From contig CAJQQA010000018.1 in assembly GCA_905480355.1 (NCBI GenBank), positions 12 through 64,011 of the forward strand: a stretch of DNA of 64,000 nucleotides, written 5' to 3'. Position 1 is the stretch's first letter; every line of letters starts with the position of its first letter. Source of the DNA: an uncultured Flavobacteriales bacterium (lineage in GTDB: Bacteria > Bacteroidota > Bacteroidia > Flavobacteriales_D > Crocinitomicaceae). The translations under genes and the position numbers were made by a program. Shown in pieces: positions 39,641-49,874 of this stretch. The notes beneath the pieces are model-generated. The model saw nothing but the letters and a program-made list of their open reading frames with translations, had not been told where the DNA came from and made no database searches.

Positions 39641-42067
39641 ATGGAATCAATGATTATTTATATGCCAATAGTAGCAGCCTTAATTGGTCTTGCATACATG
39701 TTGGTGAAAAAGTCTTGGGTAATGAAACAAGACGCAGGTGATGGTAAGATGAAAGAGATCGCAGACCACATCTATGAAGGAGCGTTAGCATTCTTAAATG
39801 CTGAGTACCGATTGTTAGCAATCTTTGTTGTGATTGTAAGTGCTGCTTTAGCTATAGTTGCCTACTTCGTTGATACAACTAGCTACTTAATTGTAGTTGC
39901 CTTTATTTTCGGAGCTTTATTTTCTGCAATTGCAGGTAATATGGGAATGAGAATTGCGACTAAAACAAACGTAAGAACAACACAAGCTGCTCGTACAAGT
40001 TTACCTCAAGCATTGAAAGTTTCTTTCGGTGGTGGTACTGTTATGGGATTAGGTGTTGCCGGTTTAGCTGTTTTAGGTTTAACTGTTTTCTTTATCGCTT
40101 TCTATAACCTGTTTATGGGAGGTGGAGAAGCGTTTTCTACAGATAAAATGACAATAGTGCTTGAAACTTTAGCTGGATTCTCTTTAGGAGCTGAATCTAT
40201 TGCATTGTTCGCACGAGTTGGTGGTGGTATTTATACCAAAGCTGCTGATGTTGGAGCTGATTTAGTGGGTAAAGTTGAAGCGGGAATTCCTGAAGATGAC
40301 CCAAGAAACCCAGCGACAATTGCTGATAACGTTGGAGACAACGTTGGTGATGTTGCAGGAATGGGAGCTGATTTATTTGGTTCTTATGTTGCGACTGTAT
40401 TGGCTGCAATGGTATTAGGAAACTATATCATTCGCGACAATGATGGTATAATGGAAGGTTTTGATGGAATGGGACCGATCTTATTGCCTATGGCAATTGC
40501 TGGTGTTGGTGTTATCATTTCTTTGATTGGAACAATGTTGGTAAAGATCAAATCGAATGATGCGAAGGAGAAAGACGTTATGGGTGCTTTAAACATCGGT
40601 AACTGGGTTTCTATTGCTTTAGTTGCAGTTTCATGTTACGGATTAATTACTTGGATGTTACCAGATACGATGATGATGAGTTTCTTCGGAGAAGAGCTTG
40701 TTGAAATTAGCGCAATGCGTGTATTTGGTGCAGCAATCGTTGGATTAGTAGTTGGTGCTGTAATTTCTTCTGTTACTGAGTACTATACAGGGTTAGGTAA
40801 AAAACCAATTTTGAAAATTGTTCAACAATCTTCCACAGGTGCTGGAACAAACATTATCGCAGGTTTAGCGACAGGAATGATTTCTACATTCCCAACAGTT
40901 CTATTGTTTGCTGGAGCAATTTGGAGTTCTTATGCTTTCGCTGGATTCTATGGTGTGGCATTAGCTGCTTCTGCAATGATGGCAACAACTGCTATGCAAT
41001 TAGCGATTGATGCTTTTGGACCAATTGCAGATAACGCAGGTGGTATTGCTGAAATGAGTGAACAAGATCCAATAGTTAGAGAGCGTACGGATATCTTAGA
41101 TGCTGTTGGTAATACAACTGCTGCAACTGGAAAAGGATTTGCGATTGCATCTGCTGCATTAACATCTTTAGCTTTATTTGCTGCTTACGTTACTTTCACT
41201 GGAATTGATGGAATTAATATTTTTAAAGCGCCAGTATTAGCAATGTTATTTGTCGGTGGAATGGTCCCAGTTGTATTTTCTGCTTTAGCAATGAATGCTG
41301 TTGGTCGTGCCGCAATGGAAATGGTAAACGAAGTTCGTCGTCAGTTTAGAGAGATTCCAGGAATTATGGAAGGAACAGGTAAACCAGAATACGATAAGTG
41401 TGTTGCAATTTCTACTGAAGCTTCATTGAAACAAATGATGTTACCTGGGCTTTTAACGATTGGTTTTCCATTGGTAATTGCATTTTTACCGTTGTTGTTC
41501 GGAATGGACAACCTAATGGTTGCTGAGATGTTAGGTGGCTATATGGCAGGTGTTACTGTTAGTGGTGTTCTTTGGGCTATCTTCCAAAACAACGCAGGTG
41601 GTGCTTGGGATAATGCTAAGAAATCTTTCGAAGCTGGAGTAATGATTAATGGTGAAATGACTCACAAAGGTTCTGCTGCTCATGAAGCTGCAATTACTGG
41701 AGATACAGTTGGTGATCCATTTAAAGATACTTCTGGACCATCAATGAACATCTTAATTAAATTAACATGTTTGATTGGTTTAGTAATCGCACCTATCTTA
41801 GGGGATGCTCATGGTGATACAACTAACGCTGGAGTTTGTGCTTCTCCTAATACAGAATGTGCAAAGGGAAAAGCTTGTTGTGATGATAAGAAAGAGTGTT
41901 CAGCGTCTACTTGTGACATGTCTAAATGTTCTGAAATGACAAAGGAAGAATGTGCTGCTATGTGCGAAGAAAAAGGATGTTCTGATGAAGAAAAAGAAAA
42001 ATGTATGTCTATGTATGACGAAGACGGAAAGTTCATCGGAGATGCAGTTGAAAATACAGCAGAATAA
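39641..42067 (+). CDS. hppA: Membrane-integral pyrophosphatase (K+-dependent type) with an unusual 88-aa Cys-rich C-terminal extension
   Basis: 808 aa with GGGIYTKAADVGADLVGKVE, DNVGDNVGD, GNTTAATGKGFAIASAAL (Ala indicates the K+-dependent class) and DTVGDPFKDTSGPSMNILIKL. After the last TM, the tail from 41801 carries 11 Cys. Confidence 0.93.
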   Translation: MESMIIYMPIVAALIGLAYMLVKKSWVMKQDAGDGKMKEIADHIYEGALAFLNAEYRLLAIFVVIVSAALAIVAYFVDTTSYLIVVAFIFGALFSAIAGNMGMRIATKTNVRTTQAARTSLPQALKVSFGGGTVMGLGVAGLAVLGLTVFFIAFYNLFMGGGEAFSTDKMTIVLETLAGFSLGAESIALFARVGGGIYTKAADVGADLVGKVEAGIPEDDPRNPATIADNVGDNVGDVAGMGADLFGSYVATVLAAMVLGNYIIRDNDGIMEGFDGMGPILLPMAIAGVGVIISLIGTMLVKIKSNDAKEKDVMGALNIGNWVSIALVAVSCYGLITWMLPDTMMMSFFGEELVEISAMRVFGAAIVGLVVGAVISSVTEYYTGLGKKPILKIVQQSSTGAGTNIIAGLATGMISTFPTVLLFAGAIWSSYAFAGFYGVALAASAMMATTAMQLAIDAFGPIADNAGGIAEMSEQDPIVRERTDILDAVGNTTAATGKGFAIASAALTSLALFAAYVTFTGIDGINIFKAPVLAMLFVGGMVPVVFSALAMNAVGRAAMEMVNEVRRQFREIPGIMEGTGKPEYDKCVAISTEASLKQMMLPGLLTIGFPLVIAFLPLLFGMDNLMVAEMLGGYMAGVTVSGVLWAIFQNNAGGAWDNAKKSFEAGVMINGEMTHKGSAAHEAAITGDTVGDPFKDTSGPSMNILIKLTCLIGLVIAPILGDAHGDTTNAGVCASPNTECAKGKACCDDKKECSASTCDMSKCSEMTKEECAAMCEEKGCSDEEKEKCMSMYDEDGKFIGDAVENTAE

Positions 42068-42104
42068 ATTTAATAGGTCAAGTAAGACCCATCAATAATA
42101 TTAA

Positions 42105-42132
42105 AACGCTCTGAGAAATCAGGGCGTTTTTT
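42105..42132 (+). terminator. Rho-independent terminator of hppA
   Basis: Stem aacgctctga (42105..42114) pairs with tcagggcgtt (42119..42128) with one G-U pair and a gaaa loop, followed by a T run to 42132. Confidence 0.8.
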
Positions 42133-42250
42133 GTGCATTTTTTGTTCGGAAAAAGTGCTATATACTTGAACCCCAGATAAAATCCCTAAAAGAACATCAT
42201 CTTATTTTGGGAAGGGAATGTGCACAATTAAAAACAGTATTCTTTTTGAA

Positions 42251-42622
42251 TTACGATTGATACCTTACGTTGAGATGTATCCAAATTGACCTACCAAGCC
42301 TTAACATTAATGGCCATGCAATTAAAAACGCAACAATCATCATCGTAAAATATCCCCATACCATCATTCCGTCAGCGAATAGTGCCGCAAATAAAAATGG
42401 GACTTCTATAAGAATTACAATTGGATAGCTTGTCCAAAGTGAACCAAGCCAAAATCCTGGCTCCATATCATAGTGTAATTTACAGTTTGAACACTCCTTA
42501 GGCATTTTGAGTAATTCTCCAAACACAATTAAACCTTTTCGTGTAAAAAGTTCTCCTGATCTACATCTTGGGCATTTTAAACCAACGATAGATTTGTACA
42601 AGGAAATTGTATTGTTCTTCAA
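42251..42622 (-). CDS. DUF983-like membrane protein with an N-terminal zinc ribbon
   Basis: 123 aa with CPRCRSG...CSNC followed by two TM segments. Confidence 0.7.
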   Translation of the reverse strand: MKNNTISLYKSIVGLKCPRCRSGELFTRKGLIVFGELLKMPKECSNCKLHYDMEPGFWLGSLWTSYPIVILIEVPFLFAALFADGMMVWGYFTMMIVAFLIAWPLMLRLGRSIWIHLNVRYQS

Positions 42623-42660
42623 TATTATCCAAAAAAAAGATGTTTTACAACGCCTTTCTA

Positions 42661-43995
42661 TTAATATTCAAATGTGTCCATGAAACTCGTATTGAAGTCT
42701 CCGGAATTAAATTTAGGATCTTCCATGAGTTTTTGATGAAAAGGTATTGTTGTTTTCACGCCCTCTATAATATATTCCCCTAGAGCTCTTTTCATCTTAA
42801 GAATCGCTTCTTCTCTAGTTTGCGCTACAACAATTAATTTAGCAATCATTGAATCATAATAAGGAGAAATCTCATACCCAGCATAAACATGTGTATCTAT
42901 TCTAATACCATGTCCTCCGGGAGCGTGATAAATTTCAATTTTTCCTGGAGATGGCCTAAAGTTTGCGTCTGGGTCTTCTGCATTAATACGGCATTGGATT
43001 GCGTGCATTTTAGGAATCAAGTTTCCTCCTGTAATTTTCTCGCCAGCCGCCAATTTAATTTGTTCTTTGATTAAATCATAGTCGATTACTTCTTCAGTAA
43101 TGGTATGTTCAACTTGAATTCGAGTATTCATTTCCATGAAATAAAAATCTCTGTTTTTATCCACTAAGAATTCAACAGTACCAACACCTTCGTAATTAAC
43201 GGCTTTAGTAGCTTTAATAGCTGCTGCTCCCATTTTCTTTCTCAATTTCTCGGTCATGAATGGAGAAGGTGTCTCTTCCACTAATTTTTGATGACGTCGT
43301 TGAATAGAACAATCTCTTTCAGACAAATGACATGCATTACCAAACTGATCCCCGGCAATTTGTATTTCAATATGACGAGGTTGTTCGATGAACTTCTCCA
43401 TGTATAAGGCATTATTTCCAAATGCCCCAGCTGACTCTGCACGAGTTGCATCCCAAGCAGCTTCCATCTCTTCTTCTTTCCAAACCACTCTCATCCCCTT
43501 ACCACCACCACCGGCAGTTGCTTTAAGTATGACAGGGTATTTAACCGTTACAGCCGTTTTTATAGCATCATCAAGATCTTTCAATAATCCTTTTGATCCT
43601 GGAATACAAGGCACACCGGCTTTTAACATTGTTGATTTAGCATTCGCTTTATCTCCCATACCAGAAATCTGTTCAGGAGTTGCCCCGATAAACTTAATAT
43701 CGTGCTCATCACAAACTTTTGAAAATTTCTCATTCTCAGAAAGAAATCCATAGCCAGGATGTATTGCATCTGCATTTGTAATTTCTGCAGCTGCGATAAT
43801 ATTTGCAATAGACAGGTAAGATTTTGCACTTTCAGCAGGCCCTATACAGACCGCTTCATCCGCAAAACGGACAGGTAAACTATCTTTATCAGCTGTAGAA
43901 TAAACTGCAACCGTTTTTATACCCATTTCTTTACATGTACGAATAATCCGTAATGCAATTTCACCTCTATTGGCAATCAATATTTTTTTGAACAT
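42661..43995 (-). CDS. accC: Acetyl-CoA carboxylase, biotin carboxylase subunit
   Basis: [27 protein letters not shown] and [10 protein letters not shown]. Confidence 0.95.
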   Translation of the reverse strand: MFKKILIANRGEIALRIIRTCKEMGIKTVAVYSTADKDSLPVRFADEAVCIGPAESAKSYLSIANIIAAAEITNADAIHPGYGFLSENEKFSKVCDEHDIKFIGATPEQISGMGDKANAKSTMLKAGVPCIPGSKGLLKDLDDAIKTAVTVKYPVILKATAGGGGKGMRVVWKEEEMEAAWDATRAESAGAFGNNALYMEKFIEQPRHIEIQIAGDQFGNACHLSERDCSIQRRHQKLVEETPSPFMTEKLRKKMGAAAIKATKAVNYEGVGTVEFLVDKNRDFYFMEMNTRIQVEHTITEEVIDYDLIKEQIKLAAGEKITGGNLIPKMHAIQCRINAEDPDANFRPSPGKIEIYHAPGGHGIRIDTHVYAGYEISPYYDSMIAKLIVVAQTREEAILKMKRALGEYIIEGVKTTIPFHQKLMEDPKFNSGDFNTSFMDTFEY

Positions 43996-44074
43996 GCCTT
44001 AAATTTTATGGTTATTTTTTAGCCTTGCTTAATAAAAATAAACAGGACATGAATAATTTATTTATGCAGTTTGA

Positions 44075-44557
44075 CTAAAATGGGTCGACTAAAAACAACG
44101 GCTGATCATATTGAACTGGAGCTGAATCGTCAACCAATACCTTTACGATTTTACCAGTTACTTCTGCTTCAATCTCATTGAACAATTTCATCGCTTCAAT
44201 TACACAAATTGTATCTCCTTGTTTAATTGTTTCACCAACTGAAACAAACGGGTCTTTATCTGGACTAGATGATCTATAAAATGTCCCAATCATTGGAGAC
44301 TTCACAGTAATGAATTTTGAATCTTCATCTTTATTTTCTACCACTTTCTCTACTGCTGGAGCTAATACTGGAGGGGCTACTGGTGCCGCAACCTGAGCCA
44401 TAGGCGTTGAAGCCTGAACAATGATTTGTTTTTCTTCTCTGCCTCTTTTATCGTCTGATTTAATAACGATTTTAAAGTCTTTTTGTTCGATTTCCACCTC
44501 GTTTACACCAGATTTAGCGACAAACTTGATTAAGTCTTGTATTTCTTTGATATTCAT
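44075..44557 (-). CDS. accB: Acetyl-CoA carboxylase, biotin carboxyl carrier protein
   Basis: 160 aa with a Pro/Ala linker and the biotinylation motif EAMKLFNEIEA. Confidence 0.95.
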   Translation of the reverse strand: MNIKEIQDLIKFVAKSGVNEVEIEQKDFKIVIKSDDKRGREEKQIIVQASTPMAQVAAPVAPPVLAPAVEKVVENKDEDSKFITVKSPMIGTFYRSSSPDKDPFVSVGETIKQGDTICVIEAMKLFNEIEAEVTGKIVKVLVDDSAPVQYDQPLFLVDPF

Positions 44558-44593
44558 TTCTTACAGGTTTTAATATGTTAAAAATAGTATTTT

Positions 44594-45583
44594 TTAGGAA
44601 TTATACGCCCATTTTAGATAAACTGACCCCCAAGTGAATCCGCCACCGAAAGCTGACAGTATTAAAACGTCTCCTTTTTTCAATTGCTTTTCATAATCCC
44701 AAAGACAAAGTGGAATTGTCCCAGATGTAGTATTTCCGTATTTTTGAATGTTAATCATTACCTTTTCATCAGGCAATCCCATTCTTTTTGCAGTTGCATC
44801 TATGATTCTCAAGTTTGCTTGATGTGGCACTAACCAATCTACATCTTCACTCGCCAAGTTGTTCTTTTCCATTATTTCTGCAGAGACATCCGCCATTTTT
44901 GTAACCGCAAATTTAAACACTTGTTTACCTTCTTGTTTTACAAAATGTTGTCTATTCTCAACTGTTTCCATAGTTGGAGGGTTTAATGACCCCCCTGCAG
45001 GCTGTACTAGAAATTCTCTACCAGCTCCATCATTTTCAAGAATAAAATCTTGAACTCCGAGTCCTTCATTATTCGGTTCTAGCATAACTGCACCAGCTCC
45101 GTCACCAAAAATCACACATGTTGTTCTATCCTCATAATCAACAATCGAAGACATCATATCAGCTCCAACAATGACTACTTTCTTGTACTTTCCTGTTTCA
45201 ATAAATTGAGATGCAGTTGACAATGAATAAATAAAGCCTGAACAAGCCGCGTTAAGGTCAAATCCCCATGCATTTATTAGTCCCGCTTTATCACAAATAA
45301 CATTTGCTGCACTTGGAAAGGGAAAATCCGCTGTTACAGTGCCAACAATAATCAAATCAACATCTTCCGCTTTTGTGTTTGTTTTTTCTAAAAGACCCAA
45401 AACTGCAGCAGTCCCCATATCTGATGTAGCCCCGTCTTTCATTATTCGTCTTTCCTTAATTCCAGTTCTTGAAGTTATCCATTCATCATTGGTGTCAACC
45501 ATTGCAGAAAGTTCTTCATTATCGAGAACATAATCAGGTAAAAAGCCTTGTACTCCTGTTATTGCCGCTGTAATTTTATTCAT
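44594..45583 (-). CDS. fabH: 3-oxoacyl-ACP synthase III
   Basis: 329 aa with active-site NAACSGF, then HQAN and GNTTSGT. Confidence 0.95.
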   Translation of the reverse strand: MNKITAAITGVQGFLPDYVLDNEELSAMVDTNDEWITSRTGIKERRIMKDGATSDMGTAAVLGLLEKTNTKAEDVDLIIVGTVTADFPFPSAANVICDKAGLINAWGFDLNAACSGFIYSLSTASQFIETGKYKKVVIVGADMMSSIVDYEDRTTCVIFGDGAGAVMLEPNNEGLGVQDFILENDGAGREFLVQPAGGSLNPPTMETVENRQHFVKQEGKQVFKFAVTKMADVSAEIMEKNNLASEDVDWLVPHQANLRIIDATAKRMGLPDEKVMINIQKYGNTTSGTIPLCLWDYEKQLKKGDVLILSAFGGGFTWGSVYLKWAYNS

Positions 45584-45820
45584 AACTCAAAAATCTATTG
45601 TTCAATTGTTTTGATTACAAAATACTATTTATATTATTAAGCTCAATAAAAGAAAGAAAGGCCACTCAAGATCAATTCTTGGTCGCCTGACAGATAGGAT
45701 TTTTCTCCTATCTTAAATTCTATTTGCTCTGAATTCACAATAAAGGAATTAACGCTTTGCATGTTTTCAGTTAATAATACATTGGTACTTTTCTTCATAA
45801 AGAAGAGCTAAAGCACAGTA

Positions 45821-46012
45821 TTAAATTGCAACTTCTTTCTCAGCTACAACTTTACCTTTATAGTATAGTTTTCCCTCATGCCAGTGAGCGTGGTGAAACA
45901 AATGTGGTTGTCCAGTTGTTGGGCAAGTTGCAATGTTTCTCGCTTCCGCTTTAACATGCGTTCTTCTTTTGTCACGTCTCGTTTTCGAGATCTTTCGTTT
46001 AGGATGTGCCAT
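45821..46012 (-). CDS. rpmF: 50S ribosomal protein L32
   Basis: [19 protein letters not shown]. Confidence 0.95.
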   Translation of the reverse strand: MAHPKRKISKTRRDKRRTHVKAEARNIATCPTTGQPHLFHHAHWHEGKLYYKGKVVAEKEVAI

Positions 46013-46053
46013 TCTACTTTATTTATATAAATTCATTTTCTATTACTACCACC

Positions 46054-46641
46054 TTACTTATAAGGCTTCTTTTTTGAAGATAATTCTTTCAACGCTTTCC
46101 ATCTTGGGTCAACGTGCGTATCGTCTTCATTATTTTTTTCTTCTTCTGACGTCTCAGATGAACTAACATCTTTATCGACAATCTCTTCAGACACCAAGAT
46201 ATACTCTTCTAAGATATTCAGCATTTCTTTGTTGCAAGCACCGTCGTCATGTAATTTACGAGAAGGGATTGAAACAGAAATAAACTCTAAAATGGTTTCA
46301 CTGATATCTAACTCATATTCTTCAGGATAAATAATAATTAATGTTTCATCATTGGATGGTTGAGAATCAAACTTATAAATTACCTTATATGCTCCATTAA
46401 CATCAACACTCAATAAATCATTACATCGATCACAATGTGATTCAACATAGCCACTAATTTTATAATTCCCAATTAACATCGTTTCCTTTTTCTCAAAAGA
46501 AAGCTCTACTTGAACTTTTCCTTTTCGAATAATTGAGTAATCAAAGTTGTCAAAGAACGAGTTAGTAATTTCAAATTCGAATTTATGAATCCCTATTTTT
46601 AAACTTACAAATGGGATGATATATTCGTTATTTGTCTTCAC
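46054..46641 (-). CDS. YceD/DUF177 family protein
   Basis: 195 aa, immediately upstream of rpmF as in many bacteria. It has the CDRC motif and an acidic C-terminus. Confidence 0.8.
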   Translation of the reverse strand: MKTNNEYIIPFVSLKIGIHKFEFEITNSFFDNFDYSIIRKGKVQVELSFEKKETMLIGNYKISGYVESHCDRCNDLLSVDVNGAYKVIYKFDSQPSNDETLIIIYPEEYELDISETILEFISVSIPSRKLHDDGACNKEMLNILEEYILVSEEIVDKDVSSSETSEEEKNNEDDTHVDPRWKALKELSSKKKPYK

Positions 46642-46741
46642 TTTCTCAATTTCAAAGTCCTATCACACAAAAGATAGGGGCGCAAAGGTAGCAATTATTA
46701 AACTAATCTACTATTCTCTGTGTAAAAATTCTATTTTTTTT

Positions 46742-47857
46742 CTAGCGGCCCTCTTTCCACGTTTTCTTCTCACTAATAGCAAGAGGGTTTTTATTAATTT
46801 CTTTCTCTATTAAATGATTTCTATACACATCAATTGCAAGGTAAATTGCATTCCTCATAGAGTCCCCGGAAGCCTTGTTTTGGCCAACAATATCATAAGC
46901 CGTTCCATGATCTGGTGACGTTCTAACAATTGGAAGTCCTGCTGTAAAGTTAACCCCTTCATCAAAAGACAGAGCTTTAAATGCGGCTAATCCTTGGTCG
47001 TGGTACATTGCTAAAACTCCATCGTATTGATAACGAGAATCTGAACCAAAAAACCCATCTGCTGGAAAAGGACCAAAAGTTAAGATGCCTTGATTCGAGG
47101 CTTTTACTATTGCCGGAGAAATTGATTCATTCTCCTCTGACCCCATTTTACCATTTTCTCCTGCATGTGGATTCAACCCTAAAACTGCAATCTTCGGTCG
47201 TTTAATCCCAAAATCCTTTTTCAAAGAATCATTAAATGCGGATAATTTAGCAAGAACTTTTTCCACTGTCACGGTTTCAGAAACTTCCTTAAGAGGAATA
47301 TGACTCGTTACTAAGCCGACTCGAAGTGATGAAGAAACCATTAACATCAATGCTTCATCTTCTCCTGCTAAATCAGCTAAATATTCCGTATGCCCAGGGA
47401 ATTTAAACCCCGACTTATTCATAGCGTGCTTGTTTATTGGAGCCGTTACAAGTACATCTATCTTCCCTGACGCTAAATCTTGTGTCGCTTTTTCAAGCGA
47501 TTCGAAAGCATGTTTACCACCATCTATTGTTGGTTTCCCTAGATCAAATGGAATTTCATCGTCCCAAATTTTTACAACATTAATTTTATTCAACTGAATA
47601 TCTTCAATCGAATTACAGCTGTTGTAATTTAACTCTCCCTCTAGATCATCAACTGCATTCAAAGCCTTTTCATGAAATAAAAACACTTTATTAGATGCAT
47701 AAATAATAGGTGTACAACCGACCAATAATCGAGTGTCAGAAAGTGCTTTCATGATCACTTCAGGGCCAATACCATTTAAATCACCTATCGATATTCCAAC
47801 TTTAACATTTGGTTGGGTATTCAATTCCTTTTTTATCCGAGAATTCGTATTCATCAT
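46742..47857 (-). CDS. pdxA: 4-hydroxythreonine-4-phosphate dehydrogenase
   Basis: GDLNGIGPEV, APINK, PGHTEYLA, LNPHAGE and SPDHGTA. Confidence 0.9.
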   Translation of the reverse strand: MMNTNSRIKKELNTQPNVKVGISIGDLNGIGPEVIMKALSDTRLLVGCTPIIYASNKVFLFHEKALNAVDDLEGELNYNSCNSIEDIQLNKINVVKIWDDEIPFDLGKPTIDGGKHAFESLEKATQDLASGKIDVLVTAPINKHAMNKSGFKFPGHTEYLADLAGEDEALMLMVSSSLRVGLVTSHIPLKEVSETVTVEKVLAKLSAFNDSLKKDFGIKRPKIAVLGLNPHAGENGKMGSEENESISPAIVKASNQGILTFGPFPADGFFGSDSRYQYDGVLAMYHDQGLAAFKALSFDEGVNFTAGLPIVRTSPDHGTAYDIVGQNKASGDSMRNAIYLAIDVYRNHLIEKEINKNPLAISEKKTWKEGR

Positions 47858-49248
47858 GAATTATAGCTTTTAAAAAATTGATACAACAAACGTACACCAA
47901 CACCTGAACCACCTCTAGTTCTGTATGCTGTTGTTTTATCTAACCATGCTGGTCCAGCAATATCCATGTGAATATAAGGAGCTTCAACAAAATTCTCAAG
48001 GAATTTTCCGGCTGTTATCATTCCGGCTGATGGACCACCAAGATTTTTTAAATCTGCGATAGGCGACTTTACTTCTTCTCCATATTCATCCCAGAAAGGA
48101 AACTCCATTGTTCTTTCATAGCATTCATCTCCTGCAGCAGCCAATTGTTTTAATAAGGATGGATTCGCATTCCCCATGATTACAGTTGCATGTTCCCCTA
48201 CTGCACGATGTGCTGCCCCAGTTAAGGTCGCCGCATCTATTACTAATTCAGGGTCATATTTTGAGGCATAAGAAAGTGCATCAGCCAATATCATTCGGCC
48301 TTCGGCGTCTGTATTGAGCACCTCAACAGTTAATCCATTGTACATTTTAACAACATCTCCAGGTGCATATGCATTTAAACCTGGTCGATTATCTGTTGAT
48401 GGAATCAATGCAATAATATGTAAAGGTAAAGCTTGTTTTGCTGCCAAATAAATAGCTCCCATTACGGTTGCTGCTCCACCCATATCACTTTTCATTATAT
48501 CCATAGAGTTTGCTGTTGGCTTCAAGCTAAGTCCGCCAGTATCGTAAACAACTCCCTTACCAACCAACACTAAAGGTTTATTGTTTTTGGCGTTCTTAGG
48601 CTTATATTCTACAATTGAAAATGTTGGGGGGTCAATTGAACCTTGATTTACAGAAAGTAAACCACCCATTTTCAACGCTTCGATTTGTGCTTTTTCTAAA
48701 ACCGTTACTTCTAAATTAGCTTCTAGTCCAAGTGTTGTGATTTCTTCTGCTAGCTGTTCTGCATTTAAAAATGAAACAGGCTCATTAACCATATCTCTTG
48801 CCCAGAAAACAGCGGTTGTGATATTAAAGAGTTCCTCTATAGCATCATCTCCAAAAGAATCATCCACAAGAATTGACTCTATTTTATATTGTCTTTTTTC
48901 CGTGTCTTTAAAGTACTTCAAAAATTGATAACTGGACAATAAAAACCCTTCAAGTAAGTGATAAGTGGACTCTTTTGATCCTAAAAATGCAATTTCTTTT
49001 ATGTCTACATTCAAATTTTGTCTAATCTTCGCACCTGAAGCTCTATTTTTTTCTGTTACATCATTCTTTTTGATAAGGAATGTTGTTGAATTTAGCGTTG
49101 AAATCATTTTAAATTCCTCATCTAATTCAAGAAATGCTGTAAACAATTCTCTGTCATCATTAGAAATAGACGATGGAATATTATTCGAACTGCCTATTAT
49201 TACTCTGTAATCAGCATTATTCAATTTACTTTCTGCAGTTAACTTCAT
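47854..49248 (-). CDS. pepA: Leucyl aminopeptidase (M17)
   Basis: GKGVVYDTGGLSLKP, MKSDMGGAA and NTDAEGRMILADAL. It has a 4-nt ATGA overlap with pdxA. Confidence 0.9.
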   Translation of the reverse strand: MKLTAESKLNNADYRVIIGSSNNIPSSISNDDRELFTAFLELDEEFKMISTLNSTTFLIKKNDVTEKNRASGAKIRQNLNVDIKEIAFLGSKESTYHLLEGFLLSSYQFLKYFKDTEKRQYKIESILVDDSFGDDAIEELFNITTAVFWARDMVNEPVSFLNAEQLAEEITTLGLEANLEVTVLEKAQIEALKMGGLLSVNQGSIDPPTFSIVEYKPKNAKNNKPLVLVGKGVVYDTGGLSLKPTANSMDIMKSDMGGAATVMGAIYLAAKQALPLHIIALIPSTDNRPGLNAYAPGDVVKMYNGLTVEVLNTDAEGRMILADALSYASKYDPELVIDAATLTGAAHRAVGEHATVIMGNANPSLLKQLAAAGDECYERTMEFPFWDEYGEEVKSPIADLKNLGGPSAGMITAGKFLENFVEAPYIHMDIAGPAWLDKTTAYRTRGGSGVGVRLLYQFFKSYNS

Positions 49249-49344
49249 TCTTGGAGATTTAAGACTACGAAAGTAATCAAGTTTGTTGAATTATTCAATG
49301 TATTCTGAGAATGAGAGTTGTGCACTTTTTTCAGGTAAATACTT

Positions 49345-49815
49345 TCAAAATAGTCTGCGAATATCTAAAACTCTTTGTATATATCCAGATGTCTCTAGAA
49401 CGCTAATAACAACCCCTGAGTGTTTTTTTGAGCTCGAGCAATGAATGAATCGTACCTCTCCCTCTTTGTTTTCAAGTACAATGCCAACATGGCCAACAGT
49501 TTTACTGCCTGGTGCTGTTCCAGAAAAAATAATGCAATCACCTTTGCGACAATTTTCTTTCGAAACTGATTCTCCTTTCATTGCAAAAACCGAGCTTGTT
49601 CTTGCATCTGAAATTTCCTGACTTTTATAGACATACGAAGCGAACCCCGAACAATCAAAACTCACATTAGGTCTTGAAGTTCCCCACACATATTTAACCC
49701 CTAATTGAGATCTGGCTATAGAAATGAGAGAATCTGCTTTACATTGCCAAAGTGAATCCTGCGCTAAAGAGGTAAAGCTGCTAATGAATATGAGAATAAA
49801 TACTGTTCTTTTCAC
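49345..49815 (-). CDS. NlpC/P60 (C40) cell-wall peptidase
   Basis: DCSGFASYVY (catalytic Cys) and GHVGIV. The GTG start at 49815 gives a clean signal peptide (MKRTVFILIFISSFTSLAQD). The track start at 49878 would overlap the upstream gene. Confidence 0.8.
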   Translation of the reverse strand: MKRTVFILIFISSFTSLAQDSLWQCKADSLISIARSQLGVKYVWGTSRPNVSFDCSGFASYVYKSQEISDARTSSVFAMKGESVSKENCRKGDCIIFSGTAPGSKTVGHVGIVLENKEGEVRFIHCSSSKKHSGVVISVLETSGYIQRVLDIRRLF

Positions 49816-49874
49816 TTTGCAAAAATAGGGAAGAAAAGCGATGTAAAAAAATAAGTTAAAGTCAGAGCGTACAA

